Origin: Andalucia godoyi And28
Taxonomy: Eukaryota; Protista; Jakobida
Length of the DNA stretch: 64,000 nt
Reading direction: 5' to 3'
NCBI GenBank assembly: GCA_009859145.1
Contig: VRVR01000004.1
Span: 1-64,000 of the forward strand
The notes beneath the pieces are model-generated. The model ran no database searches. It had not been told where the DNA came from and was given only the letters and a program-made list of their open reading frames with translations. A program made the translations under genes and the position numbers. Within the stretch, counting starts at the first letter, position 1, and every line of letters begins with the position of its first letter. Below, in pieces: positions 1 through 11,400 of this stretch.

Positions 1-2
1 TG

Positions 3-236
3 GGTGCTACCGCGACCAGCGAGTTCGTCGCATTCGTCTCTGCAGTCCGCCGAACGGGGGAGGTGCCCAACGCAAAGACGCGCAAGAAAGTGTCGAACGC
101 CGCTCTGCGTGCAAGCCAGCTGTTTCGTGGCAGTTGCTTCACCGATGGGCACAGGCCGAACATCACTGCGCCTCTCCAGCTCAAGACGGAGCGGGAGCTG
201 TGTGCGCTGTACCTCGCCATGCGCGCCCCCCGATGA
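3..236 (+). CDS. 3' end of an unidentified ORF entering from the left edge (partial)
   Basis: Frame 3 is open from the window edge to TGA at 234-236 (GATATSEFVAF...LCALYLAMRAPR). It is more GC-rich than the flanking DNA, and AATAAA follows at about 250. No family was recognised. Confidence 0.3.
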   Translation, partial: GATATSEFVAFVSAVRRTGEVPNAKTRKKVSNAALRASQLFRGSCFTDGHRPNITAPLQLKTERELCALYLAMRAPR

Positions 237-1010
237 GCACGCATGGTACAATAAAGAGCCCAATCTGGATGCAGTGCTCTGCTTACTCTGCATAACTCAA
301 CGGAATGCAACAGGTGACACCCTTCCTGTCCCTTCTCTGCGAGCGTGGTTAGTGTCGCGCCGGGCAAGAAGAAGGCTCGGAACACACGCATGGGAGGGCC
401 CCCGTGCCACATTCCATCACTAGATGCAGCGGCGAGGACAGATTCGTTGTTGAAAAGTATACTGATAAAAAGCGACTGTAGTCGGGAATTAGGTAATTAA
501 TATTTTACGTATAACTCCTAAACGGCGTCGTCCCCAGGCGATATTCGTGTGCCACATTGCTCGCCGTCCGCGACTCTACCAGTCCCCAGCATTACCTCAG
601 AAAAGGTGCTGTGGACAATTTTCCGTATTTGTCTCCTTGCACAATATAGTTCTTCTTTCAAAGTGATAGTTCTGCTGAAAATGTCTCACCAAATAGACAT
701 GTTACGCACCTGTTCAAAATGTCATCTATTTAGGACTGATCGCAAATATCGAAGTGCACAACAATTCTTGCAGTTCTTTCAGTGTACAAATCTCTAAAGA
801 GGGCTTTTGTTTACTTCCGTGGAATTTTGATGTTGTCGAGTAAAATTGATCCTCGCCCACAACCGGACATGTGATGACGCAGTAACCGACTCACTAGCGC
901 GATACCGAGACATGTAGACGAGAATATACACGGGTGTTCGTAAGATGGGAATGATCGAATTTATTCAACCAGGCGAGCGAGGAGGATGCACAGAATTCCT
1001 TCACGATAGT

Positions 1011-3326
1011 TTACTCTACACACTTCAATTCCCGCATCGTTTTGTCAATGATATTATCGCAAAAAAGGGACCAAGCTTCGTCGTTTCGAAAAATAGTCCA
1101 AACCAAAGAACCATCTTCCTCCTTCAGAATTGGAACTGGGCGTCGATCACGATTCTTCGGTTCACAAAACATGATAATCACGCGCAAACAATAAAAGTCA
1201 CGACCGACAAATGGACGCACCCTCGCCGGAGAAGTGGAGGAGATGGCAGAAGCATGAACATCGCTCTTCCACTCTTTGTTCGTCTTGCATTGAATGAATA
1301 TAAAAGCAGGTGGCTGTGTGTCCATGCTATCTAGGGGAATTACGATATCTGGACCACAGAACGTGGAAGGAAATAGGATTTTCCCAGCGGGATCGTTAAA
1401 ATACCCTTTGTCCTCGGCTTCTGTCTGAGATGACACCACCCACGGAAAAAGAGGTTTTCGGAAAAAAAGAAGATTTTCGAATGTCCGCTCGCATACGGGA
1501 GAAGTGGAAAAAGACGACAAAGCTTCCAAAACAGAACTAAGAATGTTGTTGCGACACTCTAAGTGAAAGGAAGGCTTAAACAATGTTCGCAAAAAACAAT
1601 CCACAATTCCAAGTTCGAATAAATGGCCTGCGCCGGAAGCACTTCCGCAAGTGCGAATTAAAGTATCCACGTATGTCGTGATCTTGTTTTGCGCTACAAA
1701 ATGCCGCGCACATGCAAATAAAGACATAGGTTCCGAAAACCCAATGATCACAGACTCCCTTTGCGAAAATGCCGAATTGGCTAGAGGAAAGACAGCTACT
1801 TCAAAAAGCTGCTGATTCAAAGCCAAAACATCAGATTGCGATTCCAGAGAGGCATCAAACTCATCAAGAAGTATAGAAAATGGTGGCCTCGTATGTCGAC
1901 GACTAAACAAATAGTCGAAGACACAGGATGTCAAAAACTGAAATGAATGGACGTGTTCACGCTTGAGACGACCGAGAACTTTTTGAACTACACCTAAGAA
2001 ACCGTTAGAAGGGTCGTCCATTTGCAATGAAATATAATGGTCCATGATGGAGGCTAAATTCGCACCAGATTGTGAGAATCTCTCGGAATATTTGAAGATA
2101 TGCTGGACGAATGAAACGACCAGACGGGGTCGACCCGACAGGATATCTCCGATTCTGGGAAAGCCTTTCAACGCATCTTCCGGCACAAATCGCTTTAGGT
2201 ACTCCAATACCGAAGTCGAATTCAACAAGTCAAAGTTCTTAAACAGCTTCACAGGACGATTAGCATTTTCTGCCTTGAATGCTTGTGAAACCAGGGTTTC
2301 CTCAACCGAAGAGAGGCTTAAACCGGTACCACTGTATAAAGCACAGCACAATGGTCGCAGTAGACTTAGAGCGTCAGCAAATGGGGCAAGCAAAGATCGA
2401 TTGTGTTTTGGCTCACCCCTGCTGATAAATTTTTCCGGCCAGTCCATGAGCAATCGCTGCGCTTCATCTACAAAAATAGGAAAACATGTGGGCAAATCCG
2501 GAATTTTTTCTTGAAGTGTCCTACGGATCTCGTCAATGAGATCCTGACAAGAAAATATCAACGTCTCACTGTTCCTCCACATTTTCTCCCTCAGCAACTG
2601 GAGAGCTACACGATATGACAAGGTTGACAAATCAATAGTACCCCAATCAGCAGTAATGAATGAGATGGCAGATGAATAGCACTGCCACAATGCCAAGCGA
2701 TGACAAATGTCATTCTTGTTTCTGTCGATGCCCTTGATAGCCAAATTGACCATATGTGAATAGACAAGGAAACGTGCCCAGAAGAAACAATGAAACATGG
2801 CTGCTACAGCTCGTCTGCGATCGTCGTTCTCCATCGTGTTCACATCAGAACTGTACATCTGCATGATTTGATCGACAAACAGTCGAAAGTCCATCCATCC
2901 TCCGTTCTTGCCAACATCCCGCGTGATATACATACCAGGGAATCTCGACAAAACCTCCATAATTGTCCTTGTTTTCCCACATCCCGATACGCCAAGCAAC
3001 ACGACTTGTTCAGTGGCTGATGTGCGAAGCAGGTCAACGAGTTCTTCCGCAGGGGTATGCATGATTTCTTGAAATTGGTCATAAAGCAAATTCGGAATTT
3101 CTGTAACAGTACTAAATGCCGGAAGCGAAAAGACTCCTTCTTTCATGAGTTTTTCGTGAAACAAATACGGTTGGACATCAAAAACAGGAAATTGTTTTTC
3201 AATAGCGTTTTCAAAAGCTTGAGATACGACCTTACTCATTGACTTCAGAACATCCTCACTGTCTCGTTCCGGATCAAGACGAGGAAGTTTTGCCGGAGGA
3301 GCGAGCTCATCATCACCTGTATTCAT
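1011..3326 (-). CDS. Crinkler (CRN/CR)-type effector-like protein: P-loop NTPase plus PD-(D/E)xK restriction-endonuclease-like domain
   Basis: 771-aa ORF with Walker A LLGVSGCGKT, Walker B IFVDEAQ, the sensor-like YSGTGLS, GRPRLV, and a C-terminal GPD...IQCK nuclease motif. This NTPase+REase layout is typical of CR effectors. Confidence 0.75.
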   Translation of the reverse strand: MNTGDDELAPPAKLPRLDPERDSEDVLKSMSKVVSQAFENAIEKQFPVFDVQPYLFHEKLMKEGVFSLPAFSTVTEIPNLLYDQFQEIMHTPAEELVDLLRTSATEQVVLLGVSGCGKTRTIMEVLSRFPGMYITRDVGKNGGWMDFRLFVDQIMQMYSSDVNTMENDDRRRAVAAMFHCFFWARFLVYSHMVNLAIKGIDRNKNDICHRLALWQCYSSAISFITADWGTIDLSTLSYRVALQLLREKMWRNSETLIFSCQDLIDEIRRTLQEKIPDLPTCFPIFVDEAQRLLMDWPEKFISRGEPKHNRSLLAPFADALSLLRPLCCALYSGTGLSLSSVEETLVSQAFKAENANRPVKLFKNFDLLNSTSVLEYLKRFVPEDALKGFPRIGDILSGRPRLVVSFVQHIFKYSERFSQSGANLASIMDHYISLQMDDPSNGFLGVVQKVLGRLKREHVHSFQFLTSCVFDYLFSRRHTRPPFSILLDEFDASLESQSDVLALNQQLFEVAVFPLANSAFSQRESVIIGFSEPMSLFACARHFVAQNKITTYVDTLIRTCGSASGAGHLFELGIVDCFLRTLFKPSFHLECRNNILSSVLEALSSFSTSPVCERTFENLLFFRKPLFPWVVSSQTEAEDKGYFNDPAGKILFPSTFCGPDIVIPLDSMDTQPPAFIFIQCKTNKEWKSDVHASAISSTSPARVRPFVGRDFYCLRVIIMFCEPKNRDRRPVPILKEEDGSLVWTIFRNDEAWSLFCDNIIDKTMRELKCVE

Positions 3327-3411
3327 TTTGCTTTTGCTTCAGCAAGAAGAAAAATCCAAAGCGAACTGAAGAAACCCGTTCTTAAAAATTAGCGGCTACT
3401 CGATTGTGTTC

Positions 3412-3540
3412 TAGGGTTGTTAACTGCAATATTGCAATGCAAGATAATGCATGCAAGATAATGCAATTTCATTCGATTTTCATCAGCTGGATTTACCAAA
3501 CACAAAGCAAGATTATTGCAAAATTATTGCAAGATAATAA
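3412..3540. repeat. Left hAT TIR and TGCAAGATAAT/ATTGCA subterminal repeats
   Basis: The TIR is followed by repeated TGCAAGATAAT and ATTGCA motifs. Confidence 0.85.
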
Positions 3541-3626
3541 CGGATAGAGGCGAACATTAATGAGAAGTGGTCCGGATGATGGAGATCAGGAATCGTGCGG
3601 CGATGTACACCTGGCCATTGTTTGGC

Positions 3627-5868
3627 TCACACATCGTCGTCATCTCCGGGCTGGAGAGTGACTCGCATTTCTTTCTCAGGCTCGTCCGTGCAAGCGCCAT
3701 CGTCATGTTCGTTACCGTCATCTGAGCATTCAACATCAAGAGCGGGAACGAATGGAACGTCGTCTAGGGAATCACCATTCTCGAAGAGAGAGGGGACGTT
3801 TTGTATCTGCTGAAGTAGATGCGTCCCTTCTTGAGACACTGACATCGCTCCTTGCTTTCCTCTTCTCATTCCTTCTGCGGAAAATTGATCAATGATATTT
3901 TGTCCAAGCAATTCGAACTTATCGTCGCCTCTCTTCTGCACCATTGCTGCACGACGTGCTTCTTGCACTGCAACTAGTTTCTTTTGTGTTACATTCGCCA
4001 TGCGATTTCGGAGTTTTGTCAGTGTCCGACCATGAGTGCTGAAGTTTCGTTCTGCTGCTGCGGAAGTGACGGGGATTTGAAACAGACGATCGCCAATTTC
4101 TGACAACTTTGGAAACAATAATCGTGCATACGTTTTCCAAAACTTGCGAGGACACACGCGACCGTTCACGGTGCACATCGCGTAGTTGAATGTTGGAAAA
4201 TCAGTCATCCAATCCCCTAATTCGCTCATGAGTTGCTCTTCTTCATTGTCAGCTACCTGAGAAACACAATAAGCAATTGCACTGTCAACTACTTCTTTTG
4301 TGAAGTACAGAGGACTGTACCGGGGGTCGAGAAACACCGCTGTCACAATTTCGGGTCGATACAAAAATGCCTTCCATCTTTGCAGCAGCTTTCCTTGAGC
4401 AATGGCAGCATCATCCGGAGAAAGCACCGTGTCAACATGCCGTTTCAGATGATCCCACGTTACGAAAACATCGGACAATGTTGATCGATTGCTCTCCAAG
4501 AACTTGATGACAACCGCAAATTCACGTAGGACTGTTTCTGCTTTTCGAAGACCTTGCCAAAAACTATTTAGCATCAGTGATGATGTGCGATCGCCGAATT
4601 CATCTTGCATGTCTGCTCTGGAAGCGGCTTGACGGAGTGCATCTTCATTAGCAAGAACGCTCCAAACGCAGTTGTGCTGCGTTGCCCATCAAGTGACAAC
4701 GTATGCTTCAAGTCGTTGTTTTGCTCCACACTGCTTCTCAAGACGTTTCCAAAACAGCTTCTTCCTGCTAAAAAACGTCGTAAGATCGTTGCAAAACTTC
4801 ACCGCGTCAGCCAGCCACTCCAAAGATTGACAAATGTCTTTCAGAAGAAGATGTGTGATGTGCGCTGCGCAGCCTATGGTGGCCAACTGGGGCATTTTGC
4901 GCTTCAGCAAACTCCAAACCTTTTTCATTGTGTTGCAGTTGTCTGTCACTGTCGCCACCCATTTGTTCACACCTCCACAGGAATTCTGTGTGATTTCAGT
5001 CATTTTCCCGTATATCAGCTCTGCTAGGTACTCTGCATCTTGGTTCTTCTCTCCGGTAAAGACGGAATCAAAATAAATAGATTGTGGGGTGTGGACAATG
5101 AAGTTCACCACAGCGGCGTCCGAGGCATTTGTCCAACTATCTGTAGAGAGGCTGAGGTGACGAGCTCCAAGGCAAGCATCGACAAAGGACGTCCTGCATT
5201 CATCGTATGCTTCGTTCAGAAGTCGACCGGCAACGCACTGCCTGGACTGCAAAGAAGGGAACGTGTCGTTGCGGGATATAATTCCTAAATCTTCGAATGC
5301 ACCTCTCAGGTCAGGATCTTCGATAAAACTAAATGGAATGTTGCATCCATACATTGCTTTGGAGAATCGTCTGATAAAATTGCCCCAAACTTCACGACTC
5401 ACGCGAAACCCAGCCGACACGATGGACAACTGCTGCCGCGGAACCTTCTTCAGAGGCTCAGTAGACGTACTACTGTCTGCCGTCGGTCCTTCACGTTTGT
5501 AGGATGGATCAGTCGAAAGAGGACGGTCATCTTGGACAGCAGTCGAAACAGATAGTGAATGTGCGGCAGATGTTCGTGCAAAAACTGCGCCATGCTGAGT
5601 CTTCAACACAGATAAATCAGAAACTGGAATGTTCTTGCAGGATACGAAATGTGTGCAAACTCGCGTCGCATTATCTGCACCGGGAACTGGCTGCCCGCAG
5701 TGCTTGCATTTCCAAGGACCTTTTTCCGAGAGTTACAGCCGGATCATTCTCCGCACCTGCGAACAGCACGTGCTTGAATACAGATGACTTTGGTTTGTGA
5801 CCACCAGGACCACGGCGGATGTGCGCAGCTTGCCCAAGTTCGCTAGTAGAGGACGAAGAAGTTGGCAT
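3627..5868 (-). pseudogene. BED-finger hAT transposase with one +1 frameshift and one in-frame nonsense codon
   Basis: Three track ORFs join into one protein. Removing one base from the T5 run at 5721-5725 restores LGKGPWKCKHC...THFVSC (BED finger). This leads into STDSWT, TDN and CAAH. TGA at 4691-4689 sits in V-T-*-W (conserved TRW), followed by the in-frame LDPRY and SAAAERNFS dimerisation region. The repaired ORF is 746 aa. Confidence 0.92.
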
Positions 5869-6024
5869 TTTGGATGTGAATGGAAATATTCTTTACAAAG
5901 AATGAAAAGAAATGAAAAGAAACATCAGAATGGATGAAAAGGGATCGGCCGAATGGCGGGAAATTGGTCCTGAATGGCGGGACGCCGGGACGCGTGCTAC
6001 GTTGAAGGTTCTCCCAAAAAGCCA

Positions 6025-6128
6025 CGAATGCAGAATTGCAAATGCACTGCAAAATTGCTGCAATTTTATTGCAATTTCATGCAATGTTGCATGCCAGATG
6101 CGGTTGCACTGCAAGATTAACAACCCTA
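6025..6128. repeat. Right hAT subterminal TGCA repeats and TIR
   Basis: A dense run of TGCA/TTGCAA motifs ends in TTAACAACCCTA. Confidence 0.85.
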
Positions 6129-7008
6129 TTGTGTTCCCAACTTCACTGACATGTTGCCAGTGTAAGATTCATCTCAAAAAGGGGTTCTGGCTGGCTTCAC
6201 CAACCCTTCCAGCGCGGGTATTTCAATGTAAGCAATGACTCATCCGTCTTAGCGCAGGCAGGTGACGTTGTTGGCGAACTGACAGCAGGTAGGCTCACCG
6301 AATTTTTTGAGCTCACCGACTGGCATTCCATGGTCGAAGCAACCCATCAAACATGTCACTTTTTGACCACACATCTGCGATTGATGGGGGCTGATTGGCG
6401 AACTTACGGGATTCGGTCAACATGTAACTTTGGGCGTGATCGTGGATGGGAAAAAGAGACGCTCTGGTCCGGCAAGAGTTGATGTGACGTGACAGTTCGC
6501 CAAAGCAAACATTTACTCGAACCATTTTCTTCTCGTCCGTCGCTTCTCGCAAAGTCGCAATGAATCGTCGGTCAACTCACACATGAGGCACATCAGACGG
6601 CATCACAGACTTTCCAGCGCATTCGCACCTTGGCGTTGGTGGAAGCAGAAAGGCAGAATTTGCTCCGACGCTCTTTCTCCCTCTTTAGTTCAAGCACTTG
6701 TCAAGAACGGGTGCTTTTTGCTTATTCTTGCGTTTGCAGATTTCAAGAATTGAATTGTCGCTTGTTATTGTTTTTATGTCTCTAGTCATGCACACATATT
6801 ATTCGAGGGTCCAAGGCCTGTCAGCGAATGGATTGCTGAACTCTAAAGAAATTCGGTCAACAAATGTTCATGAGTCCACTTTTCATGCAATGAGACCACC
6901 ATTGATCAACCTTGTTCGTGCGATGCACGAGGCATGGCGCAGCCCGGACATGATGGATTCGAGTTTTAATGAAGTTTGCTGGAAAATCGTCGGTGACCTC
7001 ACTCAAGA

Positions 7009-8052
7009 ACCTTTGCGTTCGAGGAATTGAAAGATGTGGCAAAGCTTGATACGATGGTGACCGTTGTGGATGCTTCCAATTTTCTGGAAGACTACACCTC
7101 GGGGGAAAGTCTGAAAGACCGAGAAATGCAGGCAGAAACGTCGGATGCAAGGTCGATTGTCGAACTCCTTGTGGAACAAGTGGAGTTTGCAAACGTTATC
7201 GTTTTGAATAAGATCGACAAAGTGAATGAGTCGGAGCGACAAGTCCTTCGTGAATTGCTTTCCAAGCTCAGCCCAGGTGCCAAAATAGTCGAAACGATGC
7301 ATGGAAAGCTCGATGTGTCGAAAATCCTGAACACTGGATTGTTTTCGGTGCAGGAAGCAAGCGAGTTCGACGGATGGATGGAATCCGTGAATTCCGCTCC
7401 TCATGTTCCGGAGACATTAGAGTACGGCATTGGATCATTTGTGTATCGTTCTCGTGTCCCTTTCCATCCGAAGCGACTGGAAAAGCTGCTGAAAGCTCGG
7501 CCTGCATGCTTTCAAACAGTTCTTCGTTCCAAAGGCGTATTTTGGTTGGCTTCGACTGATGAACTGTACGGGGAATGGGCTTCTTGTGCGTCTTCGCTCA
7601 AACTGCAGCCTGCTGGACTCTGGCTTGCAGCTATGGAAAAGGCCGAGCGCGACGCACTCGTTGACGAAGATGATTCCACAAAGAGAGAATTTGCACGTAT
7701 TTGGCAGGACAACGACATCGGGGACCGCAGAAACGAAATCGTATTCATCGGAATCAGCATGGATCGCTCTGCCATTGAATCGTCCCTTAACAAATGTACT
7801 GTGACGTCCGCTGCGGCCCTCTGTGCCAAAAAGAAGAAAGTGTGTGAGGATCCTATTTTCGGGGATATTGAAGAGCTTGTGAGTATGTACAAGCTCACAC
7901 AACCGGAGGAAGAACAAGTGCATCAAGTCCAGGAGAAACGGCGACCTGCAGAATTTGAGACTCGGCGAAAGCGGAAGAATGCGCAGTCTGGAAGGAAGCG
8001 CTCCGGGGGCTTTGAGTCTCGCCATCCGGTTTTGAAGCGTCGCCGTGTGTAA
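7009..8052 (+). pseudogene. 5'-truncated CobW/ZNG1 (COG0523) zinc-chaperone GTPase
   Basis: Reads TFAFEELKDVAKLDTMVTVVDA, EQVEFANVIVLNKID and the CobW_C region PFHPKRL...RSKGVFWLA...EIVFIG. There is an in-frame TGA at 6994-6996 upstream. No Walker A, CxCC or ESTG segment was found in 6129-7008. Confidence 0.75.
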
Positions 8053-8409
8053 TTGCCTGGCCCATGCTGTCGATGTCTTGATAAGCTTGTCGCTCCAATA
8101 AATGTGTCTGCAGATGGAAAACGGAAAGAACCTCCATTTCTGCAGTGATACTGCAGAAATGTCTTGCAGCTGATCCTCATCTCATTTTCCGGGATGTTCT
8201 GCACACGAATGCAATCCGACGAAGCCAAACACGGACTCGCGGATGCCACTGGAACAGGCACCGAGGGTCGCGTTTTTGTACGGCATTTGCGGAAATGTTT
8301 AATGCTACTATAACCGCTTCCTCGGTGATACAAGAATGATGATTTGGCTTCTTGATCTTTGACGATCAGGAAGCAGCAAGAAAAAAAGAAAAAAATTCTC
8401 GCGCAACGG

Positions 8410-11400
8410 TCACGGACCTTTGACGAACATTGTATATCCTGGAACAATTTGCACATGCACTGCGTGTCTTCGCTTGAGCTGCGAGAAGATTCTTCTCAGG
8501 AGAATCGTGCATAACATGGCCGTGAACACCAAATTGATGCAAAATATGACAATTCCCATGGAATTGGTATCGACCACTCCAATTGCGTCGGACTGAAGTT
8601 TCAGCATCATGTTCCACGACAATAAAGCAACGCTGCAAACATCCAATACATTGTCCCAGCGGTTCTTATATGGCAAAAATGCAGACTGAAGAACAACGCA
8701 AGCGGTGAAAATGAAACCAAGCAGGAAAATTCGAAATGCAGACAGCGGAGAAACAGCAGCAAATGCCGAAACCACAATAACACGTTTCATATAAACGAGA
8801 ACTTCCCAGAATCTGCAATCGTTCCGATAAGGTGCAAAGAAAAAAGAGCAAATAAATCGCTGTCTGGCCACTGCGGCCGTCGCAACATTCGGGTTTCCAG
8901 ACAGTACACCGGATTTCCAAACGTGGATGCAGAAAACGAACGGGATGCAAACAACATACACTGCAAACCCAATGCCAGCGCTCGTCTGCACCCAGTCTTC
9001 GCAGAGGGCATGTGGGACAGATATGATGTATCTATTCCCATCACCACTGTCATTCGCGCATGCTAGTGGCGGAAGAACGTTGTTGACGGTGTTGACAAAG
9101 AAAAAGGCGTACAAGAACAACAAAGAACGCGTGCACGTATCTTTCCACTTGGTCATCCCCCCTGTAGACGACGCACAAACAATTTTCAAGCAGCCTATGC
9201 AATATATAAGAGCTGTTGCTAGACAAAGAAACGGAGGAATGAGCAGAGCCGTAATGAACGATCGTTCGAAGTCCCAGCCATCGATAAAACACTCTGGTCC
9301 GGGAATGGAACCCATCATCGAGGAGGAGCTGTTCTGAGTAAGCAAGTACAATCCCTCGGGCATCGGAACCTTGCAAAAGGACAGCGTTTGCAGGAAAAAT
9401 ATCAAGATTTTGACAATTCCAGAAGATGAACTTCCCACAAAATACGACCAAACAAAAATAACAGATATGACGCAAACAATGGCGATTCCAAAAAAGATTA
9501 GCCCTACACCTTCGGGACATCTCACACACCGATCTCCGGATTTGAAATACAGTCTAGAACAACGAGAACACAATCGTGATTCATATCCGGGAACACACGA
9601 TGCACTATGGCTTGCCTTGCAAGGAGTTAAACTCGATCCAGCGTTCGCACAAATTTCCACGGTCTGCGGGTAGGCGGTATCCGTTTTCATAAGATGGACT
9701 GCTGTCTCCGGAGATGCAAAATATCCATCATTCGCCAATACATTCCCACTCTCGCTCCAGGTCTCCAAAGGAGGGAGAAGCGAAGCGTCGGAATCCGACG
9801 CAAACGAGCAAGAGGCATGGCTTGACAAACAAGGTCGGCAGTGCGGTGGCTTGCCAAAGTACCCGGGTCTGCAATAACAATTCTTGTAAAAGAAAAACGA
9901 AGGATCCGTAAGAAGTTGCAATCGTCCGGACGCTGTGACAGGCATAAAGCAAGTCATTTCCTTGCTGTAAGGATACGCAGAAGATGAAGAAAATGTAAAC
10001 AACGTGGTGATCCGGTCTTTTGCAAGGGCGGAAAGGTTTGCGGACGGATTATTCCGTATGTCCACCCCATTGAGGAGTGGGACATTGTCAAACAAGAGCT
10101 GCAAATCGCCACCAAGCGAGTTGTTTGAGAGATCCAGCAGTTTCAGCCCTCTGAAAAAGGGAAGAAAATACGAAAGCGGAGCGGACGCTACTAGGCAAGA
10201 CCTGTTGCCAAAGGTGACATATTTCGATGGGAACTGCAGTGGTATGGCGGACGATGACATTCGAAGAATCGATAAACTTGCATATGGGATCTGGCAGCGA
10301 GCACATGCATTGAAATCAAAATACCCCGGTATGCCAGTCACGATGTTTCCGGAAACATCCACGTCCATCAAGCCGTTCGCCAGGTTGATGGGCAGTACCG
10401 TGCCAGAAGCAACATCTGGATATCCACAGGGATAGATCGGCAAGTCCCCTTGAAATCGATTATATGCAAGACTCAAAGAACGCAATCGCGCATCGGCAGT
10501 GAATAGAGGCAACGGAAAGTCCCCGGAAAGCAGATTAAAGGAAACGTCAAGCACTGCCAGTGAGGGAAAATACAATGCTGCTCTGAACGGAAACGACTGC
10601 AGTCTGTTAACCGAGACATCCAGGATCAGCAACGCATGAAAAACACAAACCGGGAATTCGGAAAAGTGATTGTTCGACAGGTACAAAAACGACAAGCGCC
10701 CCGCAAGCCCACATATGGAGTGCGGTATGCTACCAGTGAAATTGTTCAGCGCAAGGTTCAACGAAGCAATCGGTGCAGTGAAAACGTAATCCGACAAAGA
10801 TCCCGACAAGTAGTTGGCTTGGAGCTGAAGATCCTTGAGCATCGGCAATAATCCAATGGACGCTGGAATCGTCCCCGTTAGCATGTTCGAAAACAGGTAC
10901 AAGTTTTCAACAACAGACAGATTTCCTAGGCTTTCGGGAATGGGACCGCTGAGCTGATTCGAAAAAAGTAGCATCTCCTTTAATGCCGAGAGCGCACCAA
11001 ATGTCGACGGGATAGGCCCGGAAAACCCGTTTCCAAAGGCGTACAGCACAGTTAATCTTGATAAGTTCCCCAGAGATTCCGGAAGCGAGCACTGCAGACC
11101 ACAAGAGTGGATCAGCAATCTTTCCAAGAGCCTCAGTTTACCAAGACTAGCGGGGAGACAGCCGTCAAAACGATTTGCAAACAACAACAATGACTTCAAA
11201 GCTTGCAAATTTCCAAGAGTCTCTGGAAGTTGTCCAAAGAACAGGTTCGAGGAAACGTCCATACTTTCAAGCATGGTCAGGTTTCCTATACATTGGGGCA
11301 GGGCGTCGGACAGTTTGTTTTCCTTCACGTCAAGAACACGCAAGCGTCGCATCTCACACACCCAGTTGGAGAGCCCTCCAAAGAAGCCGTTTTGAGCGAC

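Larger units (their letters stand above)
3412..6128 (-). mobile_element. Full-length hAT-superfamily DNA transposon (2717 bp), non-autonomous copy
   Basis: TIRs are TAGGGTTGTTAA (3412-3423) and TTAACAACCCTA (6117-6128). The 8-bp TSD TTGTGTTC is perfect (3404-3411, 6129-6136). Both ends carry TGCA-rich subterminal repeats, and the interior encodes a BED-hAT transposase. Confidence 0.95.

Noticed and set aside
3327-3400. Intron 3' end (GCTAAT...TTCTTCAG) that could add a header exon to the CR gene
   Set aside because: Splicing at this AG leaves an in-frame TGA before the ATG at 3326, so it cannot extend the coding sequence.
4689-4691. In-frame TGA in the hAT transposase read as Sec or programmed readthrough
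   Set aside because: It replaces the Arg of the conserved TRW motif, which one CGA-to-TGA change explains. No SECIS-like hairpin was seen nearby, and the gene also has a frameshift.
6137-7008. Short ORFs between the hAT and CobW as a second transposase remnant
   Set aside because: The fragments (for example 6313-6552) are short and interrupted, with no motif I could assign, and I found no TIR/TSD pair.
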